DNA of 64,000 nt from Terriglobia bacterium (GTDB lineage: Bacteria; Acidobacteriota; Terriglobia; 20CM-2-55-15), in contig CBDCLE010000001.1 of the NCBI GenBank assembly GCA_965218585.1, forward strand, positions 128,001-192,000. Direction: 5' to 3'. Positions 37,951 to 48,803 of this stretch are shown here, piece by piece; the first letter of the stretch is position 1, and the number at the start of each line of letters is the position of its first letter. The notes under the pieces are model-generated. The model was not told where the DNA came from and made no database searches. It saw only the letters and a program-made list of their open reading frames with translations. Position numbers and translations under genes: made by a program.

Positions 37951-40938
37951 ATGAAGCGAATAGCTACATGTTTTCTAGGCGCAGTGCTCATGTCCGCGCT
38001 GGTTTCGGTGCCGATGTTTGCACAGGGTACAGCCCAGATTAACGGAACGGTAACCGACGCGACGGGTGCGTTGCTGCCGGGCGTCGACGTAACGGTGACG
38101 CAGACCGAGACCAGTGCGACCCGGTCGGGGATCAGTAACGAGACCGGCGCATTTATCCTGCAGAACATTCCGATTGGCCCGTACCAGTTTGGAAGTGTCG
38201 CTGCCGGGCTTTCAGACCTTTGTACAGACGGGTAACCTGTCGGTGAACGACAGCCCGAACTTCAACATCGCATTGCAGGTGGGGCAGGTGGCGCAGACCA
38301 TCGAGGTTCAGGCCAATGCGGCTCTGGTGGAGACCCGGACGGTGGGTGTCAGCCAGTTGATCGAAAACGAACGAATCGTGGAACTGCCCCTGAACGGGCG
38401 GAACGTGACCGAGTTGGTCATTCTCTCGGGTGCAGCGGTGTCGACGGGAACGTCGTCCACGCGGAGCATGCCGGGCCAGCAGGAGATTTCGGTGGCGGGC
38501 AGTCAGGAAGGTGCGGTGGCGTACCTGCTCGATGGGGCCCCCCACAACAACTGGTATGACAACCTGAGTCTGCCGCTGCCGTTCCCGGATGCTCTGGGCG
38601 AGTTCAAGATCGAAACCAGTGCGCTGCAGGCCCAGCAGGGACTGCGGTCGGGCGCGAACGTCAATGCCGTCACGCGCTCGGGAACGAACGAGTACCACGG
38701 TAACGCGTTCTGGTTTGTCAGAAACGACCTGTTCGGTGCTCGCCCCTATGCGGCAACGCGTGCCAGTTCGCTGAAACGGAACCAGTACGGTGGAGCCATC
38801 GGTGGCCCGGTCATGGAGAACAAGCTGTTCTTCTTTGCCGGGTATCAGGGCACGACCATCCGGCAGGACCCCGGGACGGTGGAAGACTTCCTCCCGACGC
38901 CGTATGTGATCTCGACCGGTGACTGGAGCCGGATGCTGTCTCCTTCATGTGCCGATTCCCCGGTGAATAGCCTGTCTGCATTCCAGGACGACGGCATCAC
39001 GCCAACCGGTTTCGTAGGCGGAACGCAGATCGATCCGGCACTCTACAGCCCGGTGGCGATGAGGGTGATGGCGACCTTACCCAACAACCTGGCCGACGAT
39101 TGCGGCCGGATTCTCTACGGCAACATCCTGCAGGATGATGACTACCAGATCGTCGGCCGTGTCGACTACCAGGCGACCGATTCGCATTCGATCATGGGCC
39201 GGTTACTGTTGACGGCTTCAGACCGCGCGCACCCGTACGAGTTGACCCAGAATCCTCTGTCCAGTTCTGTGGCCGGCTGGGACGACCTGGGGCAGTCCTA
39301 CACGCTGGGTGACACCTGGCTGATGGACGCGACGACGGTGTTGTCGACCCGTCTGGCCGTCAACTACACCAACGTGGACCGTCTCGGCGCCAACTACTTC
39401 GACTGGGCCGACTTGGGCGTCCCGAACTACCACGTCTACGTCGAGAATTTCGCGCGGATGACCGCGGACGACGGTTTCACGCTGGGCGGTTGTACGACCA
39501 ACCCGGCGTCGTTCGACACATTCTCGGCGAGTCTGAACTCGGATCTGAGCATGTCGCGCGGCGACCACCAGTGGGGTTTCGGTGGATACATCAACCGCCT
39601 CGACAACCCCGGGTATGCCAACTGTTTCTCTCCGGGCACCTTCGATTTCGATGGTGCCCAGACCGGTTGGGGCCTGGCCGACTTCATGATCGGCCAGTCG
39701 AACACCTTCGATCAGGCGACGCCGAACACGCAGCTATCGAAGAAGTGGGTGACGGCCCTCTACATGGCCCTCCGAATCCGCATCCGATCGACCTGACCAG
39801 TTCCAACCTGGAGTTCCTGCCATTCCAAAACATACAGAGCATGGATAACTCGGTCCGTTCCGGACAGACCCAGAACTGGAACCTGGCGCTGCAACAGCAG
39901 GTCGGCCAGGACTGGTTGTTATCTGCAACGTACATGGGTTCGCACAGCATCCACATGGTGCAGGGCGGCCCGGGCAACCCGGCAATCTTCTTCCCGGGTG
40001 TAGCCGACGCCAACGGCGTATGTACGACGACCGTTGCCCAACAGGATGGCGTTGAGGTTTCGGTTCCTGGCGGTACGTACACGCTGACCGGAGTGCGAGC
40101 GGGCAGCTCCTGTTCGTCGACCAGGAACACCAACGCCCGGCGGATCCTGAACCTGCTGAACCCGGTCGACGGCAGCAAGATCGCTGCAATGTCGATCACG
40201 CACAGTGGCGGGACGGCCAGTTACAACGGACTGCTCGTCAGCATGCAGCGGCGTGCGGCGACGGGCATCAACGTCAACACCAATTACACCTGGTCGCACT
40301 GCATCTCGCCGTGGCAGGACAGCGCGTTTGGCGGGACCGGTTTCAACGCAAACAGTGTGTACCAGGATCCGACCAACCGGGATCGCAGCCGCGGCAACTG
40401 CACCCAGGACCGGCGCCACAACTTTACCGTCACGACCGTGGCCCGTTCGCCTGAGTTTGCCAACGCGGGGCTCCGGGCGGTGGCTTCGGACTGGTCGTTG
40501 TCGGTGATCTACCGGATCAACTCGGGCCGCTATCTCACAATCGAGAACGGCACCTCCGACCGCGCGCTTAACGGCACGGCTCCCCGCGATCAGTTCGGCG
40601 ACTACCTGGGTGGTCCCGTGACGGCCAGCTCCGGACCGGACGATCAGTACATACCGAGGACTTCGTTCGAGCGTGCCGCGCTCGGTACGTTGGGCAACCT
40701 GGGTGCTCGCAATGTGAACGGCCCGAACCAGTGGGACTTCGACGTTTCGCTGGCCCGGACGTTCAACCTGGGCGAGACCGAGACGCTGGAGTTCCGCGTC
40801 GAGGCCTACAACCTGACGAACAGTTTCCGGCCGGGTAATCCGAACACCAACCTGAACAGCGGTAGATTCGGTAGAACCCGGGCGATTGAGTCCGACGATA
40901 CCCGGATCCTGCAGTTCGCGTTGAAGCTCGGCTTCTAA
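37951..40938 (+). pseudogene. Oar-like TonB-dependent receptor, copy 1 (frameshift plus internal deletion as assembled)
   Basis: Carboxypeptidase-regulatory N-domain, LPLNGRN plug, C-terminal LKLGF. Extra T at 38188-38190; about 406 nt shorter than copy 3, junction near 39767. Confidence 0.8.
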
Positions 40939-40942
40939 AACT

Positions 40943-41119
40943 GTAGGTGCGGTCTATGACCGCACAGCCTAAGATCCAGCATCGAAGCGGCGGGGCCCTG
41001 GCCCCGCCGCTTTCTTGTGGTTTCTTCCACAACCGCACTTGCCAAACTCCGCGACCTTTTCTTTAGATGCGGTCTACGACCGCAATTCCAGTTGACGTGC
41101 GCTCACAGAGCGCACCTAC
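40943..41119. repeat. GTAG-type REP cluster with terminator
   Basis: GTAGGTGCGGTCTATGACCGCAC (40943-40965), hairpin GCGGCGGGGC..GCCCCGCCGC, degenerate REP near 41063 and inverted REP 41097-41119. Confidence 0.8.
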
Positions 41120-41214
41120 AGTAGAATCTCCAGTGACCGCTTCGCCCCCGCCAAGTAGCTGGTACTTTAAGGAGTTAAGTCCTAGAGAACGTGGCAATAA
41201 GTGGCAATAATTAG

Positions 41215-41243
41215 TTGACTAATACCCTACTGGGGTATAGCAT
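41215..41243 (+). promoter_or_regulatory. Sigma70 promoter containing a CsoR/RcnR-type operator
   Basis: TTGACT-17-TAGCAT with ATACCCTACTGGGGTAT (41222-41238) filling the spacer. Confidence 0.75.
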
Positions 41244-41351
41244 TCGGCCACTAGGACTAGTCCTAAGCGACGGATGAGCTGTGTGAGGGAAGCTGTCTAT
41301 CTCTCACGTATACAACGAGTTCCTTTCGGAATCTGAGGGAGAGGAAAATCA

Positions 41352-44300
41352 ATGAAGCGAATAGCTATATGTTTTCTGGGAGCACTGCTGATGTCGGCGC
41401 TGGTATCAGTGCCAATGTTTGCGCAGGGTACAGCCCAGATTTCAGGGACGGTGACCGACCCGACCGGCGCACTGCTGCCGGGCGTGGACGTGATAGCCAC
41501 TCAAACCGACACTGGAACGGTACGATCGGCGGTCAGTAACGAGACCGGCGCCTACACGTTGCAGAGTCTGCCGATTGGTCCGTACCAATTGGAAGTGAGC
41601 CTGCCGGGATTCCAGACGTATGTGCAGACCGGTATCGTGCTCGCGGTCAACGACAGCCCTGCGATCAACGTGTCGCTGCAGGTGGGACAGGTGGCGCAGA
41701 CCATCGAAGTCCAGGCCAATGCAGCGCTGGTTGAGACGCGCACAGTGGGTGTCGGCCAGTTGATCGAAAACGAAAGAATTCTGGAACTGCCCTTGAACGG
41801 GCGGAACGTAACCGAGTTGATCATTCTTTCGGGTGCTGCGGTGTCGACGGGAACGTCGTCCTCGCGGAGCATGCCGGGTCAGCAGGAGATTTCGGTTGCC
41901 GGCAGCCAGGAAGCCGCTGTGGCGTACATGCTGGACGGTGCTATCCACAACAACTGGTACGACAACCTGAGTCTGCCGTTGCCGTTCCCGGATGCGCTCG
42001 GTGAGTTCAAGGTTGAAACCAGTGCACTCCAGGCTTCGCAAGGCGGGCACTCGGGCGCCAACGTCAACGCCGTCACGCGCTCTGGAACGAATGAGTTTCA
42101 CGGCAACGCGTTCTGGTTCGTACGGAACGATTTGTTCGGTGCCCGCGATTATGGGGCCACCCGTTCCAGCACGCTGAAGAGGAATCAGTACGGCGGAACG
42201 ATCGGTGGACCCATCGCCCAGAATAAAGTGTTCTTCTTCTGGGGATACCAGGGCACGATCACACGCCAGGATCCCGGGACCCAGGAGGACTTCATCCCGA
42301 CGTCCTATGCGCTGTCCACAGGCGACTGGAGCCGGATGCTGGCTCCTGGTTGCCGCCCGCCGACAGCAGTGCTGTCCGAATTTCTCGAGGACGGGTCGCT
42401 GTCCGGATTTGGGCCTGCGAGCGGACAACTCCCGAATCACATCGACCCGGCACGCTACAGCACGGTTGCGGTGAATCTGGCAAACCGGTTGCCGACCTCC
42501 ATGGCTGACGACTGCGGTCGCGTGCTCTATGGCAACATTCACGCGGACGATGACTGGCAGAGCGTGGGCCGGATCGACTGGCAGGCGAGCGACTCGCACT
42601 CGGTCCTGGGGCGGGTCCTGCTCACGGACTCGGAGCGGGCAAACCCGTTCGCACTGGCTCCGGACAACATATTGACCACAGGTGACCGCGGCTGGCTTGA
42701 CAAGGGTGAGTCCTACACGATCGGCGATACGTGGTTGATGAGTCCGACGACTGTGCTTTCGACGCGTCTCGCCGTCAATTACACAAACATACTGCGGCTG
42801 GGAGCGGAGTTCTTCAACTGGGGCGACCTGGGCTCACAGAACTACTTCAGCTACGTGGACACATACGCACGGATTGGCGTGGCTGACGGGTTCAACCTGG
42901 GGAGTTGTTCGGCGAACCCTGCTCCGTTCAAGACGTTTTCGACGGGTCTCAATCTGGATCTGAGTATGTCCCGGGGTGACCACCAGTGGGGCATTGGCGG
43001 AAATGTCACGCGTCTCGACACCAACGGGTACGCTAACTGCAATTCCGCCGGTAATTTCGATTTCGACGGTGACCAGACCGGCATGGGCCTTGCGGACATG
43101 ATGGTCGGCGTGACGAACGCATTCACGCAGGCCACGCCGAACACGGCTCTGGCGAAGAAGTGGGTCAGTGCTCTTTATCTGGCCGATACCTGGCGTCTGA
43201 CGCCGAACGTGACGATGAGTTATGGCGTACGTTGGGAGCCGGATATGCCGGAGACGATCACCAATGACCGCATTGTCAAGTACGATGCCGCTAGATTCGT
43301 GGCCGGGACCAAGAGTACGACGTTTGTGAACGCCCCTGCGGGTTTCTCTTTCCCCGGAGACAGCAATTTCCAGGGTAAGAGCGGTCGGAACAAGAAGTGG
43401 GCCAATTTTGCGCCGCGGCTCGGCCTGGCCTGGGATGTGTTCGGCGACGGACGGACTTCGATCCGCGCGTCGGGCGGGATCGCGTACGACTATCCCAACG
43501 GGCAGTTCCACCTGTTCACCTCGCTCGTGCCGCCGTTCGGAGCGGACGTGAGGATTCCGAACGCGACCTTCGACGATCCGTGGGCTACGTTCCCGGGCGG
43601 CCGGATACACCCGGTGGATACTACGGATCCAAACCTCCCATTCCCGAGGTTCGGACGCATATCGACGGTCGGAGACGACTTCCGCGCGTCACAGACCCAG
43701 AGTTGGAATCTGGCCCTGCAGCAGCAGGTTGCCAACGACTGGCTCTTGTCGGCGACCTACATGGGCAGCCACACGATAGACATGGTCCAGGGAGCGCAGG
43801 TGAATCCGGCGCTTTACTTCCCGGGCAGTGCCGGTGCTGACGGAATATGTACGACAACCAGTTCCGGCGGTGTGATACCGGCTGGCACGTACACCGTGAA
43901 CGCAGGCGCGGGCCAGACCTGTTCGACGAACGGCAACGTCAACAATCGGCGGCTTCTGTTCATGCAGAATCCCGCTGAAGGTATTGGCGCCGGGGCCGTC
44001 TCGCAGGTCATCAGCACAGGGACGTCCAGCTACCACGGGTTGCTCGTGAGCATGCAGCGGCGGGCCGCCAGCGGCGTCAACATCAACACCAACTACACCT
44101 GGTCCCACTGTATCTCCCCGATGCACGGCGGTGGCTTCGGTGGAGCCGGTTTCAATGGTGATGGCGTTTACCAGGTCGTGGACGACCGGCAACGCACCTA
44201 CGGGAACTGCTCGCAGGACCGGCGTCACAACTTTACGTTCACGACAGTGGCCCGATCGCCCGAGTTTGCGAACGCAGGCCTCCGGGCCGTGGCTTCGGAC

Positions 44301-44750
44301 TGGTCGCTGTCGGTGATCTACCGTATCAATTCCGGCAGCTATATGCATGTCCGGAACGGTTCGTCGGATCGCGCCCGGAACGGAACAAATCCGCGTAGTC
44401 AGCTCGCCACCCACCTCGGCGGTGATCCGTTCACCGGGAGCACTGGGCCCAACGCGCAGTATCTGAACGCGTCCGCGTTTGAGCAATCTGCGATCGGTAC
44501 GATAGGCAATCTGGGTGTCCGTAACGTCAAGGGGCCGGCGCAATGGGACTTCGACGTGTCGCTGGCACGGAGGTTCGATCTGGGCGAGACCGAGACGCTG
44601 GAATTCCGCGTCGAGGCCTACAACCTGACGAACAGTTTCCGTCCGAATAACCCGGAAAGCCGAGTCGGCCGAAGGAACTTCGGAGTGACCCGGGCTATCA
44701 GTTCCGACGACCCGAGGATTCTCCAGTTCGCGGTGAAGCTCGGCTTCTAA
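41352..44750 (+). CDS. Oar-like TonB-dependent receptor, copy 2 (intact)
   Basis: Signal peptide, GTVTD.TGA.LPGV, LPLNGRN, EFKVETS, SGTNEFHG, PRLGLAWD, terminal Phe; 1132 aa. Confidence 0.92.
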   Translation: MKRIAICFLGALLMSALVSVPMFAQGTAQISGTVTDPTGALLPGVDVIATQTDTGTVRSAVSNETGAYTLQSLPIGPYQLEVSLPGFQTYVQTGIVLAVNDSPAINVSLQVGQVAQTIEVQANAALVETRTVGVGQLIENERILELPLNGRNVTELIILSGAAVSTGTSSSRSMPGQQEISVAGSQEAAVAYMLDGAIHNNWYDNLSLPLPFPDALGEFKVETSALQASQGGHSGANVNAVTRSGTNEFHGNAFWFVRNDLFGARDYGATRSSTLKRNQYGGTIGGPIAQNKVFFFWGYQGTITRQDPGTQEDFIPTSYALSTGDWSRMLAPGCRPPTAVLSEFLEDGSLSGFGPASGQLPNHIDPARYSTVAVNLANRLPTSMADDCGRVLYGNIHADDDWQSVGRIDWQASDSHSVLGRVLLTDSERANPFALAPDNILTTGDRGWLDKGESYTIGDTWLMSPTTVLSTRLAVNYTNILRLGAEFFNWGDLGSQNYFSYVDTYARIGVADGFNLGSCSANPAPFKTFSTGLNLDLSMSRGDHQWGIGGNVTRLDTNGYANCNSAGNFDFDGDQTGMGLADMMVGVTNAFTQATPNTALAKKWVSALYLADTWRLTPNVTMSYGVRWEPDMPETITNDRIVKYDAARFVAGTKSTTFVNAPAGFSFPGDSNFQGKSGRNKKWANFAPRLGLAWDVFGDGRTSIRASGGIAYDYPNGQFHLFTSLVPPFGADVRIPNATFDDPWATFPGGRIHPVDTTDPNLPFPRFGRISTVGDDFRASQTQSWNLALQQQVANDWLLSATYMGSHTIDMVQGAQVNPALYFPGSAGADGICTTTSSGGVIPAGTYTVNAGAGQTCSTNGNVNNRRLLFMQNPAEGIGAGAVSQVISTGTSSYHGLLVSMQRRAASGVNINTNYTWSHCISPMHGGGFGGAGFNGDGVYQVVDDRQRTYGNCSQDRRHNFTFTTVARSPEFANAGLRAVASDWSLSVIYRINSGSYMHVRNGSSDRARNGTNPRSQLATHLGGDPFTGSTGPNAQYLNASAFEQSAIGTIGNLGVRNVKGPAQWDFDVSLARRFDLGETETLEFRVEAYNLTNSFRPNNPESRVGRRNFGVTRAISSDDPRILQFAVKLGF

Positions 44751-44757
44751 GATAACT

Positions 44758-44928
44758 GTAGGTGCGGTCTATGACCGCACATCCTAGATTCACCATCGAA
44801 GCGGCGGGGGCATAGCCTCCGCCGCTTTTTTTGTGGCGCATTCGCGAACCGCTGGGACCTTCTTCTGTAGGTGCGGTCTGTGACCGCACGTCTTCGATCG
44901 GTTTGTGCGCTCATAAGATCGCACCTAC
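44758..44928. repeat. GTAG-type REP cluster with terminator
   Basis: REP 44758-44780, GC hairpin plus T-run 44799-44832, inverted REP pair 44867-44889/44905-44928. Confidence 0.82.
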
Positions 44929-44999
44929 AAAAGAATTCCTCCACGAATAACCAGGCCCAGAAGACCCTAAGTCTAAGAGAGACAGGGGGCAATAAATTG

Positions 45000-45028
45000 T
45001 TGACCGATACCCAGCCGGGGTATAGCAT
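45000..45028 (+). promoter_or_regulatory. Sigma70 promoter containing a CsoR/RcnR-type operator
   Basis: TTGACC-17-TAGCAT with ATACCCAGCCGGGGTAT (45007-45023). Confidence 0.75.
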
Positions 45029-45123
45029 TCGGTTACTAAAACAGCCCTTGGCTGTACACAGACAAGAGCATATCTGTCACATTTAAAACGAGTTCCTTCA
45101 ATTTTGGAATGGGAGGAAAATAA

Positions 45124-48100
45124 ATGAAGCGAATAGCTACATGTTTTCTAGGCGCAGTGCTCATGTCCGCGCTGGTTTCGGTGCCGATGTTTGCACAGGG
45201 TACAGCCCAGATTAACGGAACGGTAACCGACGCGACGGGTGCGTTGCTGCCGGGCGTCGACGTAACGGTGACGCAGACCGAGACCAGTGCGACCCGGTCG
45301 GGGATCAGTAACGAGACCGGCGCATTTATCCTGCAGAACATTCCGATTGGCCCGTACCAGTTTGGAAGTGTCGCTGCCGGGCTTTCAGACCTTTGTACAG
45401 ACGGGTAACCTGTCGGTGAACGACAGCCCGAACTTCAACATCGCATTGCAGGTGGGGCAGGTGGCGCAGACCATCGAGGTTCAGGCCAATGCGGCTCTGG
45501 TGGAGACCCGGACGGTGGGTGTCAGCCAGTTGATCGAAAACGAACGAATCGTGGAACTGCCCCTGAACGGGCGGAACGTGACCGAGTTGGTCATTCTCTC
45601 GGGTGCAGCGGTGTCGACGGGAACGTCGTCCACGCGGAGCATGCCGGGCCAGCAGGAGATTTCGGTGGCGGGCAGTCAGGAAGGTGCGGTGGCGTACCTG
45701 CTCGATGGGGCCCCCCACAACAACTGGTATGACAACCTGAGTCTGCCGCTGCCGTTCCCGGATGCTCTGGGCGAGTTCAAGATCGAAACCAGTGCGCTGC
45801 AGGCCCAGCAGGGACTGCGGTCGGGCGCGAACGTCAATGCCGTCACGCGCTCGGGAACGAACGAGTACCACGGTAACGCGTTCTGGTTTGTCAGAAACGA
45901 CCTGTTCGGTGCTCGCCCCTATGCGGCAACGCGTGCCAGTTCGCTGAAACGGAACCAGTACGGTGGAGCCATCGGTGGCCCGGTCATGGAGAACAAGCTG
46001 TTCTTCTTTGCCGGGTATCAGGGCACGACCATCCGGCAGGACCCCGGGACGGTGGAAGACTTCCTCCCGACGCCGTATGTGATCTCGACCGGTGACTGGA
46101 GCCGGATGCTGTCTCCTTCATGTGCCGATTCCCCGGTGAATAGCCTGTCTGCATTCCAGGACGACGGCATCACGCCAACCGGTTTCGTAGGCGGAACGCA
46201 GATCGATCCGGCACTCTACAGCCCGGTGGCGATGAGGGTGATGGCGACCTTACCCAACAACCTGGCCGACGATTGCGGCCGGATTCTCTACGGCAACATC
46301 CTGCAGGATGATGACTACCAGATCGTCGGCCGTGTCGACTACCAGGCGACCGATTCGCATTCGATCATGGGCCGGTTACTGTTGACGGCTTCAGACCGCG
46401 CGCACCCGTACGAGTTGACCCAGAATCCTCTGTCCAGTTCTGTGGCCGGCTGGGACGACCTGGGGCAGTCCTACACGCTGGGTGACACCTGGCTGATGGA
46501 CGCGACGACGGTGTTGTCGACCCGTCTGGCCGTCAACTACACCAACGTGGACCGTCTCGGCGCCAACTACTTCGACTGGGCCGACTTGGGCGTCCCGAAC
46601 TACCACGTCTACGTCGAGAATTTCGCGCGGATGACCGCGGACGACGGTTTCACGCTGGGCGGTTGTACGACCAACCCGGCGTCGTTCGACACATTCTCGG
46701 CGAGTCTGAACTCGGATCTGAGCATGTCGCGCGGCGACCACCAGTGGGGTTTCGGTGGATACATCAACCGCCTCGACAACCCCGGGTATGCCAACTGTTT
46801 CTCTCCGGGCACCTTCGATTTCGATGGTGCCCAGACCGGTTGGGGCCTGGCCGACTTCATGATCGGCCAGTCGAACACCTTCGATCAGGCGACGCCGAAC
46901 ACGCAGCTATCGAAGAAGTGGGTGTCGGCTTTCTACATGGCCGACACGTGGCGTCTGACGCCGAACGTGACGATGAGCTATGGCGTGCGCTGGGAACCGG
47001 ATATGCCCGAAACCATCACGAATGAACGCGTTCTTCAGTTCAGTCGCGCAGGGTTTGATTCCCTGGCACGCAGCACGAGGTTCGTGAACGCCCCTGCGGG
47101 CTTCACGTTCCCGGGTGATGCCGGTTTTCCGGGCATCAGTGGCCGTGACAAGCACTGGACGAACTTTTCTCCGCGGCTTGGATTGGCCTGGGATGTGTTC
47201 GGCGATGGGCGGACGTCGATCCGCGCATCGGGCGGTATCGGATACGACTATCCCAATGGCCAGTTCCACCTCTGGACCTCGCTGAACCCGCCGTTCGGCG
47301 GGAACGCGTCAGTCAAGCGAGCGCTGCTCGATAATCCGTTCCCCGGGGGTAATAATCCGCATCCGCTGGACCTGACCCGGGAAGACCTGGAGTTCCTGCC
47401 GTTCCAAAACATACAGAGCATGGATGCCAGCGTCCGGTCGTCGCAGACCCAGAGCTGGAACCTGGCTCTGCAGCAGCAACTTGGACAGGACTGGCTCTTG
47501 TCGGCGACGTACATGGGCAACCATACGATCCACATGGTGCAGGGCGGCCCGGGCAACCCGGCAATCTTCTTCCCGGGTGTAGCCGACGCCAACGGCGTCT
47601 GTACCGTGACCGTTCCCCAACAGGATGGCGTTGAGGTTTCGGTTCCTGGCGGTACGTACACGATGACCGGACAGCGAGCGGGCGGGAACTGTTCGTCGAC
47701 CAGGAACACCAACGCCCGGCGGATCCTGAACCTCCTGAACCCGGTCGACGGCAGGAAAATCGCTGCAATGTCGATCACGCACAGTGGCGGGACGGCCAAT
47801 TACCACGGACTCCTCGTCAGCATGCAGCGGCGTGCGACGACGGGCATCAACGTCAACACCAATTACACCTGGTCCCATTGCATCTCGCCGTGGGCGGACA
47901 ACGGGTTTGGCGGGGGCGGTTTCAACGCAAACAATGTGTACCAGAGTGTGACCGACCGGGAACGCGGCTACGGGAACTGCAACCAGGACCGGCGCCACAA
48001 CTTCACGTTAACGACCGTGGCCCGTTCGCCCGAGTTTGCCAACGCGGGCCTCCGGGCGGTGGCTTCGGACTGGTCGTTGTCGGTGATCTACCGGATCAAC

Positions 48101-48517
48101 TCGGGCCGCTATCTGACAATCGAGAACGGCAGCCGGGACCGTGCGCTTAACGGCGTGGCCCCGACCAATCAGTTCGGCGACTACCTCGGTGGTCCCGTGA
48201 CTGGGAGCTCTGGACCGGACGATGAGTACATAATTAGGTCTTCGTTCGCCCGTGCCGCACCCGGTACGTTGGGCAACCTGGGTGCTCGCAATGTGAAGGG
48301 CCCGAACCAGTGGGACTTCGATGTTTCGCTGGCCCGGACGTTCGATCTGGGCGAGACCGAGACGCTGGAGTTCCGCGTGGAGGCCTACAACCTGACGAAC
48401 AGTTTCCGGCCGGGTAATCCGAACACCAACCTGAACAGCGGTAGATTCGGTAGAACCCGGGCGATCCAGTCCGATGATCCCCGGATCCTGCAGTTCGCGT
48501 TGAAGCTCGGCTTCTAA
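45124..48517 (+). pseudogene. Oar-like TonB-dependent receptor, copy 3 (single frameshift as assembled)
   Basis: Full-length paralog with the same extra T (45361-45363: CAG TTT GGA, versus CAA TTG GAA in copy 2). Confidence 0.75.
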
Positions 48518-48521
48518 AACT

Positions 48522-48692
48522 GTAGGTGCGGTCTATGACCGCACAGCCTAAGATCCAGCATCGAAGCGGCGGGGCCAGAGCCCCGCCGCTTTTTTTGTGG
48601 CGTGTCTGCGAAACCTCTACGACCTTCTTCTGTAGGTGCGCTCTGTGAGCGCACGTCTATGAATTGTTTGTGCGGTCATAGACCGCACCTAC
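48522..48692. repeat. GTAG-type REP cluster with terminator
   Basis: REP 48522-48544, terminator 48564-48596, inverted REP pair 48632-48654/48670-48692. Confidence 0.82.
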
Positions 48693-48803
48693 AGGAAGGG
48701 CCTACCCGCTAGCGTGTTGCGGTTGAATTGAGGTAATCTAAGACGTTCATACGAACTACTGTCGGAACTCATAATTCAGGAAAAACTGGTCAGGAGATTG
48801 TAA

